From Trichinella spiralis (taxonomy: Eukaryota), in contig NW_003526944.1 in NCBI RefSeq assembly GCF_000181795.1, positions 362,269-400,734 of the forward strand: 38,466 nucleotides of DNA, given 5' to 3'. This document shows positions 14,701 through 33,157 of the stretch, one piece after another; positions within the stretch are counted from its first letter, which is position 1, and every line of letters starts with the position of its first letter. The position numbers and the translations under genes are program-made. The notes under the pieces were generated by a model that worked only from the letters and a program-made list of their open reading frames with translations, searched no databases and was not told where the DNA came from.

Positions 14701-16366
14701 GCTTTTATAGAAGACGCGGCCAAACACCAAGTAAACCGTAATTCATCATTCTCAAGCAAGTCTGCGCTTGATTGTCACCGACTTTTCCGGAAAACTACTA
14801 ATATTCTTTCAAAATTGTTTCTAGCGTGCTGTTTGCTTGTCTGTCTGTCTGTCTGTCTGTCTGTATGTCTGTTCGAAAAGCGTCTAACAAATTTTGCTCA
14901 TTATTATCAAATGATCAACACTGTGCGCACGCATTTCCTCATTGACCAAGAATTTTGAACTAGCATCTATAAATTATTATTATTGGAAAGGAAGTGATAC
15001 TTATTCATTCATTTATTGACTTTGAAAGAAAAACAGAATTCTTTTTTTTCGTGTTTTTGATGCTTTATCATTAAGCAGGTGGCACTGTTATAGCAAATCG
15101 GCGGTCGTTTATATTGTTGAAAGGTTAATGATGCGACAGATCTTAATTTTGATCCTACTTATCTGGTATGTCAACTGATAGAAATGGAAAAACTTGAAAT
15201 TTTACCCGATGAAGCTTCACTTTTTTTTTACAATTAACAATAAATATTTTTATTTATTTTTGTTTATTTATTCTAGGCATGTGGATAATAATATGATCTT
15301 TCCTCAGACTACAACACCGAATAGCAAAGCTGCTCTTAGTCAAGAGAAGAATCCTTCTTCACACATCGAGTATGGAAGTATGCAAGTAACGCCAGCAATG
15401 GTTAAAGTTAATGATGATGACGGTGATGGTGATGATCAACTTGATCATTATCCATCAGTGGATGATGATGACGATGGCAAAAAAAATCGACTCCCAGAAA
15501 CATTGAACCGCTCACCTGCTACATCTTTCAAACCAGATCAACCACTCAGTGCGGCAGATTTGGAAGAAAAGCTTCGTCGTTTGACTGAAGTAAGTGGACG
15601 ATTGATTATTTTTCATCTTTCTCCCTCTTTGAAAGATTGACAAATGAAATATTTTCAACCATTCAAATTATTGTTTTTTTTTCATTTTTAATCAATTAAT
15701 TATAAAAGTATAAAGAAACATATGCAAAAATTGGTATGACGTAGGTTTTCGACGAGGTTATGTTGGATGGATGATAAAATTCCATTTCGTCAAATCGCTA
15801 AAAGTTAATAATAATGAAGATTTACTTGAATGAAACTATAAATTATTCCACAGAAAAAGGTAATAATTATATCTCTGTTGAAGTTGTTTGTATGTATTTT
15901 TTTTTCTTGTTCACAATTTTGACAAAAATTGATTTTGAAAAAAAAATTTGCATAAAGATAAAGCTGCTAGCGAAAAGTATTCTTTTTGAAAGAAAAGAAG
16001 AGTAGCAAAAATAGGAAAGAATAGTAATAGTAGTGTTTGTGAAATTTATATTCCGTATAAGTTAGTGACTTTGGGTTTTGTTGGTCATGTTAATTTTTGA
16101 TACATTTTGACAAGTTGCTAATGATTTCTGGCAAGGAGATAAAAATCATTAGGTCACTGTGATCTGGAAAGTTGCGTTTCCATCGTGCTCTTTTACAACT
16201 AGCATCGCTGAACAGCCAACAATTCAAGGTCTCCATGAAGGATCATTATTTTTTTCTTTTTTAATAAATAAATTTTATTCAAAATGATAATTATTATAAT
16301 TAGTGTAATGAATGTCAGTGAAATTCAATTTCAACAATGTCAATATTGAAAAGTGCAAAATTTGAA

Positions 16367-16397
<31 letters not shown>

Positions 16398-18729
16398 CCC
16401 CATTGAAAGAGTAGTGAAATACATTATGGAAAAGGGGAAAAATTGGGCAGCATGCGCAAGCAGAAGCAGACGTATTAAAATTTCTGATTCATTCCATTAT
16501 TTATCGATCGATAATGCAGCGGTGAAAATTATACTTTTCACTGTTTGAAATTTGATCAATGAATAATAATATCAACAACATGTTGTGTGTATTGTTGGAA
16601 ATATTTAAATTTTGGAAAAAGCTAAGGTCATTGAAGTGTTACTATTATGAAGAAGGTTTCGTTGTTTCTTTTCATTTCCTTGATGATGTTCAAAGATGAA
16701 ACCAGTTGAAGCGTTCACTTCCGTGTTTATCGTCGCGGTCGACTGATGCATTAAACTGGGATTGATGGAATTTTTTGAAACTGAAACTAGAATAAATGCA
16801 AATTCTTGAATTCTAAAATTTTGTTTATTCAACAGGAAATGATGCTAATTCTCTTCCTTTTTCAACTTTGGAGACTTCCTTCTAATTTTACAAATTTCAC
16901 ACGATTGCTCTGCTCTTCATCATAATCCAATAATTTGTGCTAATATGTGACGACGACGACGACGATGATGATGATGATACCTTGTACAACAAACATGTGG
17001 TGGTTAAAAAAATTATAAATAGACACTAAAGAAAAATGTTATAAAAAATGAAACTGAACAAACGCACATGTGCCATTGTAAAAACATTGATATATATGTA
17101 GAGTTGCTTTTTCACATTCGAACAAATCACCGATGGCTAGGAAAAGTTGAGTGTTGTTAATTTGTTAGAAATTTGACATTAATCGATTAATGTTATGAAA
17201 TCAATTGATAGATTTTGATCTGAAAGAAAATAGCTAATTGATAGTTTTGGAAAAAATTTAAATTTCATTTAAAAAATAGCTCTTTTCAAAGTTGTTAACT
17301 TCCGCGAGTAGTTTTCATGAATATTCAAAAAGAAATACGGCAATTTTATGCATCTATCTACTTTTCTCTGGTTTAATCTGTCAATATTGATCAGCTATCA
17401 GATTCTCTGTACGATGACATTTTGTGATTAGTGGTGTCAGGTGAAAAAAGTGGTATTAGATTGTATGTTTCGTTATAATTAATTAATGAATTAATTATCA
17501 TCACTCTGCTCTGCTATTTTGTAGACGATGGAAAAAATTCAAGCATCCGATGATGTTGATCAGGATGGGATGATTGTCAAATCACAGGCTGGAGGAGCTT
17601 GGTCGTCGGGAATGTTTAAAAATTTCATCACTCGAACTCCCTTGGTTCAGTCGGACGATGAGGATGATTGGATGCAAGGTAGCGGTTCTGGAAACCATTT
17701 GCAACCGTTTTCTACGAGCACTGACCAGCCGGACGTCTCAGTCAGTATTTATGAACCGGGCGAGGAAACTACGGAAGCTACTACACGTCCAAATGATGAA
17801 GGTAATAATAATAATAATAATAATTACGTGACAACAAACTTATTATTAGCTTGCTTATTTATTGGTTTTGTTTTATTTTTATTTCAAATATTATAATGTT
17901 TATTTGTTTTTTTTGTCTTTCGCATAAGTTGAAGTGCTGCAGTGGTTGTTCACCACTTGAGCAGGTCAGCATCACCATTTGTTCTTGAAATTGTTGCAGA
18001 AAGCTAGTTTTCAGGCATTTTTGCTTTCAGCGTCAAGAAACGCTTTTCACTCGTTATTCTTGGGGGAAAAAATTTTTCATTATTATAATAATTTAAGTTT
18101 CAAAAATTGAAATTTCCTTCTTCATCATCTATCTGACGTTCGGGGTGAGACCACTCTGTACTGTAGTCAAATAGAAAAATGTTCCCCGGAGAGCAGATAC
18201 TGAACAAATTTTAAACAATTTAGCTCGAGTCGACTAAAAGCGAATGAAATGCGAAAACTTTTTTCAAGCCAATGCTGTGCTGTCATCAGACAAATTAGTA
18301 GTAGTAATATGCTTGCTGTGCTGTGCGGCTTTGTCTGTTGTGCTTTGTCAAATTGAAATACCGCTAAATTTAGCTAACTGCTAAAATGAGATTTTGAAAT
18401 TCAATTAAATTGTCGTCTGTCAACTGCGATTCGATTTTGTTATAATAATTAGTTTGTGACAAAATTGCACAAGATTTTCACTTTTATTGAACAAACAAAT
18501 ATATATAGTTTGTAATATCGAAATGATCATATAAGCTTGGAGGAGCTAGTACTGACTGATATGCAAATCGGACGTCGCATTTTCATGCTTTTGTTTTTCA
18601 GGTTCAACTCAACCTTCTTCCACTGCCACGCAAGGTGATTCGTCTTCGTCATTGTTGGCTTCAGATTTGAAAATTATCCTAATCACTAATTTATACGCTT
18701 TCATTGCGCACCGGTGTTTATTTGCATAA
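8795..18729 (+). CDS. Glypican (heparan sulfate proteoglycan), Dally/GPC3/5 (LON-2-like) type, about 780 aa, 8 exons; start codon uncertain
   Basis: Phase-consistent exons 8795?-9053, 9785-9946, 11692-12572, 12663-12848, 12965-13101, 15277-15589, 17525-17801, 18602-18729. Glypican Cys pattern (CGFNFTCC, CPLC, KPCNYEC...CL, ECG) and PFGDVP motif. FFANIFPPVY resembles the GPC3/5/Dally motif. Acidic DDEDDWMQGSGSG GAG site and a C-terminal hydrophobic tail. Confidence 0.9.
13818..13838. repeat. (AT)n microsatellite in a glypican intron
   Basis: About 10 perfect AT units. Confidence 0.9.
14601..14622. repeat. (CA)11 microsatellite inside a longer alternating purine-pyrimidine tract
   Basis: Direct reading. 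Confidence 0.9.
14838..14872. repeat. (TGTC)n tetranucleotide microsatellite
   Basis: About 8 units with one TGTA variant. Confidence 0.9.
16366..16389. repeat. (AT)12 microsatellite followed by a poly-T run
   Basis: Direct reading. Confidence 0.9.
16949..16978. repeat. Compound (GAC)5(GAT)5 microsatellite, intronic
   Basis: Direct reading; no flanking splice acceptor in the poly-Asp frame. Confidence 0.85.
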
Positions 18730-19758
18730 AAGTGAACAAAAAAGAACAGCTTCTGAACTTGATGAATACGTCAAAAGTGTATGCAACGCGAGGCGCTTCA
18801 TCGACTTTGAGTTGTTATGGTGCTTTCTTTTTTTTATTCTTAACATCTCGGTCTGCCAAGATGAAACAGTTTTTTTCCGTTGCTTGTTCTTTTTCATTTT
18901 CATTTTTTTTGAAAAGCAATAAATTTTTGATCATGCATCTGTTGTTGCATTCTTCAGTCGATATTGACGTGTTCAAAAATACCAACGAGCTGAATAAAAA
19001 GTTCACAGCAAGTAAAGAAAGCACTTCAATATAAAGTAGCACCTTTGTGCATTTTTTCTACAGTAACTTTTGATCATGAATCTGCTACAATACAATGATA
19101 ATTAAGAATTAAAGTAAATTTTGAAAGTTTTCAACGTCTTTTCTGGTAGTTTGAACAGAGAAAGAAGGTATGTTTTTGTTAAAAGATGAAATAAATGTTC
19201 AAAGAATTAATTCATTCATTGCTTAATTTTAAATAAATAACTACTTTCTTCGGAAAGTATGTCAATTAAAGAAGCTGTTTCAACAAATCCAGTTTTATTT
19301 TAAAAAATATGAAATTTTTTTTGCAATCAACTTGCGCGTCAGTTATCAATTTCACCAGTGATTTTTCCCGTTCTGTGAATTTCAACCTAATAATGCTCAA
19401 ATTCATTTATCAACAAAAAGCATATTTTGTCCTTTCTTTTTACTTTTTTAATGCAACATTGTATAGTTCATGGTTCACATTTTCATAACTCAACAAACAT
19501 CATGCCAGAATATAGCAATCAAAACTTCAATTGATTAACATTTTTCTATTTCGCTAATGCCCAAATAATCTTCTTCATACCCGGGTCATGAGCTGAATCA
19601 AAGTAATAATAATACGAAAAAATATAAGAAGGGCAAGAGATTATTATTACTAGAAAACAAATAATGATAAATGAACTGCCATCAAAGGCACGTGTAGAAG
19701 TAGTATGCGTCAGCACTACCAATACCGCTAGTTGTTGTTATTGCACATAAAGAATTTT

Positions 19759-22025
<2,267 letters not shown>

Positions 22026-22989
22026 CGTAAGACGACTGGCATGAAAAACACTCGGCTGGATGAAAACCCGTTACATTCAGGGTTTGCAAATCTAAAAATA
22101 AATAAATAAATATAGATATCTTTATTTCAAGTAAAAATAATTCTCAAGCTCATATATAATATATTGGTTTTTAAAAAAGCAAGGCTTACGGAGGAAATCT
22201 AGCATGCATTTCTCATTGTTAATAATTAATAAAGATGTTTAGCATTATAATAGTGCTTTATAATAAATTGCATATAAAGGTACAATTAATTAGCTATTCG
22301 ATGAAAGTTTAAAATAAATTTAAAATGTATTTTAACCGCAAAAAACATTGACTTTGATGTACTGTAGCTAAAGTTATTATAATAAATGGCAGTCACGTTT
22401 AAGTAAAAAAATGTATACGCACTTTTAATACGCAAAAGCGTTGTCTTGTGATTACTAAACGTCAGTCATAAACTTTTTGTTAAAATTAAATGCTATTTAT
22501 TTAATATAAAAAACAATCAATGTAATAATAAAAAATGTCGTGACTTTTGCATTACAATTTGCTATAAACAATTGTAAAACTATTTGCATTAAAAATTTGA
22601 TACAAAGTCAAATATTATTTTGTATACATTGCTCTCAACTCAAAAACTGTCCATAAATTCCAAAATACCAGAATGCTTTACCAACATTTGTTCAAAAATA
22701 AACAGAGAACATTATAGCTGATTTTTCCCAATCGTTTGATTTATTATTTAATCAAATTCTTATTATTTACATTTATCATTCATTATTTTTATTTTTTCGT
22801 CTAATGCTCTACATACTTAAAATATTCATACTTTTGTGTCAATGAAATTTTACTGTATTTATGTAACCTGAGTATAGTGCAATAGAAAATGAATACGTGC
22901 TATACGTTTGTATATTTTTTTCCTTTGCATATGTTTTATACATTTTGATATTTTTTGAAGCTGTGCCTCAGTTTGATTTTTGTTGGGTT

Positions 22990-26606
<3,617 letters not shown>

Positions 26607-27451
26607 ATCCACCGCGCAGTGCTTTACCTTTTATGCAAATATTTTTGAATAACTGATTTTTTTTGTAGATTTCTAATTTTTAAGTTGCATTATATGTAGT
26701 TTAAAATTCCGTTCATGCTATTTTCTTCTTTTTTTCAGAAAGCAAATTAAATATCAACTATATGGATGAAGCGGTTTTATTGAATTTGTGAATTTGATTT
26801 CATCACCCTTTTCAAACATCTTTCTTGTTGAATATTCTATTATGATGAAATGGGATAAAAAAATATATATATATATATCCATGTATGTATGTCTGTATGT
26901 ATTTTTTTAATTTTAAAGTCAATTTGTTGGCATTAGTCGGGTATGATTGCAAGTAACTTATTCTGAAGGTAAGTTAAGCAATGCAATATTTGAAATGGAA
27001 GATTTTTAAATAAGTTTTTTTTTGATTATGCAAAAGTGATTGATTTTATGAAAATTGAATTAATTGCAGTTATGATAATTTCCAAAAATTGTTATATTTT
27101 TTTATAAGAAGAAGTTTGTTGATCTTGTTATTGTTTTGAACATTTTTAGATATTTGTTGTTTAGCAGATGAATCAATTTTTGCTCTGTCAAACATGAAAT
27201 TTATCAGCGTCATTTGAAGTTACTGAACTTGTTGTCAGTTGACAGTTTAATTGGTTTCACAGAAAGTTTCACTGAAGTAATTGATCGGCAGTCGGTAAGC
27301 GAAATGATAATAAGTGAACAATTTACACCACTTCTCGCTGGCTGGCATTCATCAGCTCGCAGCACAGCTGAACTATGTTTGCAAAGATATTTTGAATGAA
27401 ATTTGAATGCAATTCATTCTGTAATTGAAAATCTGTTTCAAAAAGGAAACA

Positions 27452-30400
27452 ATGATAGAATTAAATGAAGCAGATGTAAAGCGCCCCAGAAGCGTCAGTG
27501 AAACAGTCTCAATTGCAGATTATGGTGAAATTCCAAACGCATTGAAATCAGAAATTCCAATAACAGAAGGTGAAAAGCTGCTTGCCGAAGCTGTGATCAA
27601 ACCACCGGATGGTGGATATGGGTGGATTGTGGTGATTGCCTGCTTTTTGACGAATGTCATCGTTGATGGAATTATACTTTGTGGTGGCCAAGCACTGATT
27701 CCTGTTTGGACGAAGTATTTTTCCGCAAGCGGATCTTCTGTCTCGTTGATAATTTCGTTGCAGTCCTCTTTCTATTACTTTGCTGGTAAGTTATATGGCA
27801 GAGTATTTCTAAAAAAATTTCATTACCTGTTCATAAATTTAAATAGCAAAAAAACTTCTTTTTATGCGTTCAAACGAAAAGAAAAACAGATTAGAGTATA
27901 TTATTAGTTATTATTGTTATTATTAAAACACGCAAAACTGTGAAAAGTCATCATCATCACTTTATTATACTGTTTCGATATTTTTTTGACAGAACTTGAT
28001 TTGTATTTCAAGTTTTAACTATTCACATTAGTTTTATTTAAAATTATACTCTTCTGTCAAATTTTATTCATTTTAAGCTAGGTTGAATTTGCTTCAAGAT
28101 GGCATTCAGTGATTACTGTAGATGTGACATAAAACTTTTCACAGATAACATTAACTAGTTTGCAGTTTATAAGTACCATTTTGCTCTATTTTGCTTTAAT
28201 ACTGTAACATTTATCACTTTATTTTCATTTATTTTGGGAAACGTTTATTTGAAGTCATCAGTGATGCAGTGCTTCATTTCAAGTTATGAAATGAAAAAAT
28301 ATTTTTTCCTTTTAATCAATAAAAAAATAAAATTATCATTTGGCAAATTTTATCATCTATTCATGTACGGATCAAATTAAATGTCACCGGCTATAGTACA
28401 GCACAGATATAGTTATTATAGTTTTATTATTATAATGATAATAATGTGATAAATACACACAGCTGTATTTCATGCTGTACATGCATGCATACATACACAC
28501 AGTGTTCAGTAAAACACAGGAGTAGTCATTCATAACTTTAAAACTTAAGCAAAATGAGATTTAAGCCAAGGCTTTTATAAAATGGGCTGCATTTTGATGT
28601 GTTGTGTATATTTACATGAAAAATAATAACAGTAGTAATAGTAGTAGTGAAATAAATTCTTTTTTTGGAGCATTGTTTGAGTGATGATAATTTCATTTTA
28701 GGACCAATTGGAAGTGCGTTTGTTAACTTATTTGGTTGCCGCGCAGTTACTATAGCTGGAACTGTTCTTGCTGTTGTTGGACTGTTGCTGAGCATGCTTG
28801 GAATTTCTGTGCAATTTATGTACTTAACTTACGGTGTATTATCTGGTAAGTAAATGTTATTTTAAATTGGAAAATAAATTTTTAAAAATTAAATTTAATT
28901 AAAAATTATTTATATTTATATGTATAAATGTGTACAAGGATAATTGTTTTCGTTGACGGTGTGATGTTTAGGTCTTGGAATGGGAGCAATTTATTTAAAT
29001 GGTATCATTGTTGTTAGTGAATATTTTGAAGCAAGAAGAGCTCTTGCAACGGGTTTAGCTGTGTGTGGTACTGGAATTGGTACATTCATGTTTCCACCGT
29101 TGATAAAGATTTTCCTTGATCAATACACTTGGCAACAGACAGTGATGCTGTTGGCCGGCATTACGATGCACTGTTTCATTTGTGGTGCTTTGTACAGACC
29201 GTTGACAGTGAAAGCTGAACAAGTGAAGCAATTTGAGGAAAATTTAAATTCACTTTTGAAAGATGAAAATGAAGTTTCATTTCAAAATCGAGTGCTAGCA
29301 AGATTAGCTTCAACCAACACTTCTGTTGACAATAAATCCGATTCACTGACAGTTGACAGCAATCTTACAACTGCAAGTTTTAAAAGGGGGAAGTTGGATC
29401 AGCAATTTGTTCGTCGTGCTTTCAACAGTCAGAAATCTTATGTTCGTTCATCTTTTGCAGAACGTCTTCCCTCTCGTCATCTTTCAATGTCCATTGTAAG
29501 CGATTTCTTCATTTTTTTCCTTTCTTTTTTCTCATATCAGTAATTATAATTTTAATATTTTATTATTATTATTATTATTGAACAGTTTGTATTGTCAAAT
29601 TAAAATCTATTGTTTCATTCAGGATTTGGAAAGAGCAAAATCCGCTAATACGGATGACATCAGAAAACTCAGCGTGGCGAGCATAAGAGATTTCAATCGT
29701 CCGTTGAATCGTGCAGATCTATTCTTTTCTGGCAGTAAAAGAAGTCTTCAGGCGTTGACATCTGTCAATGATTTGCCCAAAGATGATTCAGCAGTTGAAG
29801 AGCAAAATCCGGTGGAAGTGGTCAAACCGAGCAGTTGTATAGACACGATGAAAAATACATTTATGCAAATGATTGATTTCAGCTTATTTGCCAGTCCTAC
29901 ATTTTTGCTATTTTCCGCCTGTGGCTTTTTGTCTTCAGTTGGTTACATGATTCCATATATTTATTTGCCTCTGCAATCAATTTTGGACGGAGATTCTCCA
30001 GAAATGGCTACTATGCTATTGTCAATTTTGGGAATTATAAATACTTTTGGTCGAGTTTTTTCCGGTTGGCTTTCGGATAGACCGAAAATAGATTGTATAA
30101 TGCTGCAAAATTTTTCCAACTTTTTGGCAGGAACGACCACAATGCTGCTTCCACATCTGGTCAACTATCCATTGAAAGTGGTCTACTGTTGTCTTTTTGG
30201 AACCGGGATCGGTAAGAGATGTGCTACAATTTTTCGTTAGCCTTCTATATTCACTTGCTTAAATAAATAAGTCAATTTTGAATTGATAATATTGAAAAAT
30301 CATTTTGCAATTTTTCATTTTTAGCTGGCGTAATTTGTCTACGTTCAATTGTTTGCGTGGAACTGTTGGGTTTGAATAATTTGACAAATGTGTTCGGTTT

Positions 30401-30819
30401 ACTGATGGTATTCATTGGTTTTGCTAATTTAGCTGGACCACCAATTTGCGGTTAGCTTGAGCAACAAATTTTTAAATTCGAAAATATATCTGGTAAATCT
30501 ATCAATGGGCATTTCAGCTGTACTTTACGAAGCAACTGGAACATATCAATTGTCATTTTACGTGTCTGGAGGTTTGATGGTGCTGGCTGGAGTTTTTGGT
30601 TGCGCACTTAGAAAAGTTAGCATTGCTGAACGGAAAAGGGAAGCTGAGAAGAAGAAGAAGAAGAAGCAGAAGCAGGAAATATCTATTGCTTACAAAGCTA
30701 GTTCTTGTTCTGCAGAAAACCAGAACAGGCAATGCAAAGAAAATCGAGACATCAGTATGTCTGTTTTTCAAAGAATCGTTGAAAAAATTAAAGTAAGTTG
30801 CATCTTTTTTACTGAGTGC

Positions 30820-30864
<45 letters not shown>

Positions 30865-30898
30865 GATTTCATTTTAGACAACGAAGCATCGAAATTAA
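27452..30898 (+). CDS. SLC16/monocarboxylate-transporter family MFS protein, about 670 aa, 7 exons
   Basis: Exons 27452-27785, 28702-28845, 28972-29495, 29623-30211, 30325-30450, 30518-30792, 30878-30898. SLC16 motifs PPDGGYGWIVV, YFEARRALATGLAVCGTGIG, CGALYRP, GRVFSGWLSD and LAGPPI, with a large TM6-7 loop. Confidence 0.95.
30822..30857. repeat. (TA)18 microsatellite in the last SLC16 intron
   Basis: Direct reading; lies within intron 30793-30877. Confidence 0.9.
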
Positions 30899-31399
30899 AT
30901 AGATGCAGATTAATGAATTTTATGCAGTTTGTAAAGAAATACGATAAAATGACTACAATCGGTTAAATTTAAGAATGAATTTTCCTTCTTGAAATTTAAT
31001 GACGTGTAAGCAACAAATTTTATTGATGAGCAAAAAACTTTTACTGCAAACTTTATTGACTTTGTTGTGATAAATCGCAACAATCAAATACGATGTTTTC
31101 ATTATTTAGAAACAAATCGTTACTATGCTTTTGTGAAATAACTCTGTAAATACGCGTTCACTGTACGTAGTTGTACGTTCTAGTTAAATTTATATTGATA
31201 AAAAATAACTCTTCTTCTAAGTGAACAATAAAATTTTTATTTTCAATTTTAGTACATAATAATGGACAATCGTAATTGTACTTCAGTGTACATTTATTTT
31301 ATCATTGGATGATCCCTTTTCACCAAAATTATCATTGAAAAAGAAAACGAAAAACCACTGCTGATTCTGAAGCTACATCAACAACAACAACAGTTCATT

Positions 31400-32066
31400 C
31401 TATTGCTCACGAACGTAGAACCATTTTGCACTGGTATCTTTAATTTTAAGTACCTGTAAATAAGTAACGTTATACGTGTTAAAGTTATTTCATGTATTAC
31501 AGTACAATAATGATTTCATTCTGAAAAGTGAAGTTAAAATTTCATTCACACGGATTAATAATTTTTAACACTTTACCCAAATAAGCTGGCCATTGTCTAA
31601 ATAATGTTCGTAAATTTGCTGGCTTTCCGGTTCGTCCACAATTTCATGTTTCTCCAATAACTTCAGTCCACTTGGATCAAATTCAAATAAAATCTTTAAC
31701 AGAAAAGATTAAAATTATCGCCTAAAAGCCAACGCTGAAACCTTATGCTGTTTTCCATCGTAACTTGTGGAAGTGAAAGTTTCTCCAAGACGAAAGCTCC
31801 AATTTACAGGAGTCCGTGTTGAACCAATATCTTTATAAATAAAATTCCCATCACCCATTTCAGAAAATTCGCGTTTCGCATTTTTAGGGTCCATCATACT
31901 TAAAATCATCTTGCGAAGAGGCCAAACCATTCCTACATTGAAATGACAGTATATATAAGAGCAGAAATGAAATGATAATTTAACACATATACACACCTCT
32001 TGCCTTGAAATATTCATCCATGTTTTCTGTGCCAACACCATGATATTTCCCCAGAAATCTTTCCAT
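31400..32066 (-). CDS. Fatty-acid/lipid-binding protein (FABP/iLBP, lbp family), 143 aa, 4 exons
   Basis: Exons 32066-31997, 31932-31742, 31693-31577, 31453-31400 give MERFLGKYHGVGTENMDEYFKARG/MVWPLRKMIL...FRLGETFTSTSYDGKQHK/ILFEF...GQLIW/VLKIKDTSAKWFYVREQ*. FLGKY...ENxDEY and FRLGE motifs, and the classic 3-intron FABP layout. Confidence 0.9.
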
Positions 32067-33157
32067 AATAATGCGTTACACTCTTGTTTGTCTGGACTGA
32101 ACTGAAAATCGACACTTCTTCAACTGCACGAACGGCAAGTGCAGTAACTGCCAAACTGTACATTGATCATAAATTTAAACATTCAGTAAAAGTCAACAAG
32201 AAAAACGCGTGATTGCTGTCAAAAGCAAACACGAACTTTCGTGACTACATTATTAAAATAGAAAGATTACATTACAATTATTACTAGCCAACTTATCTAT
32301 CGCCATGAAATTTACGCAAAAAAATTAACCATTACCTTAACAACAATAAACAAAATTATGATCAATAATCACGCAAAAGTAGAATAAAGCAATAACCACC
32401 ATACGTGATTGTAAAACTTTCTGCTTAATAAAATATAACAAAAAACTGAACAGAATAGAATTTATCTAAACTTCTTTTATTAAATAAAATGAAATAACAG
32501 GAAATCACAAATTACAGTGCAAATGAAAATCAAGCAAAACAACAAAACGACAGTAAGAAAAATCATTGTGCAACCTTTGATTCTTATTTAATTGGAAAAA
32601 AGAAAAAAATAAAATCAAGCTCACAAACGTTGGTGTATATTTAAATTCTGAAAGTTGCAGTAATTTCAGCGTAAGCTTCATCAACACCCCAATCATCAGA
32701 TTGCAGATAGTGGAAATTTGGATAGTTCGAAAATTATTTTTTAATTATAACTTGTAAATACTCAGTTTAGAACATAAATTATGATGCTATAATACAAAAT
32801 GCATTTCATAATGCATACACCAGGAAAGAGCAAGCAAAATAATGTCATCAGTTTTCCAATTAATACTTCTTTTTAATATTTCATACTGTACATTCTTCTT
32901 CAATCCAATTCCTCTCTCTCGTGAAATGAAATTTCCTGAAATTAATTTCCTTTATGTGGAAAAGTACTTTCTTACAAAGTATATATTAATTTTTAATTTA
33001 TTTGTATTTTGCATTGTTTAGAGATTTTTATCTTTTATATTTTCTGTTATATTTGATGTATTATAATTTTTGTGTGTGTGTTTTCATGCAGGATTCTGAT
33101 ATTGCATTCAATTTATTTTGAAGTCTCAATGTTTCGAATTTTACAAATATATTTTAG

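Noticed and set aside
14406..14759. 117-aa minus-strand ORF with VCVCVC
   Set aside because: Translation of the CA microsatellite and alternating tract.
16949..16978. (GAC)5(GAT)5 as a poly-Asp glypican exon
   Set aside because: In-frame stop just upstream and no acceptor between it and the repeat.
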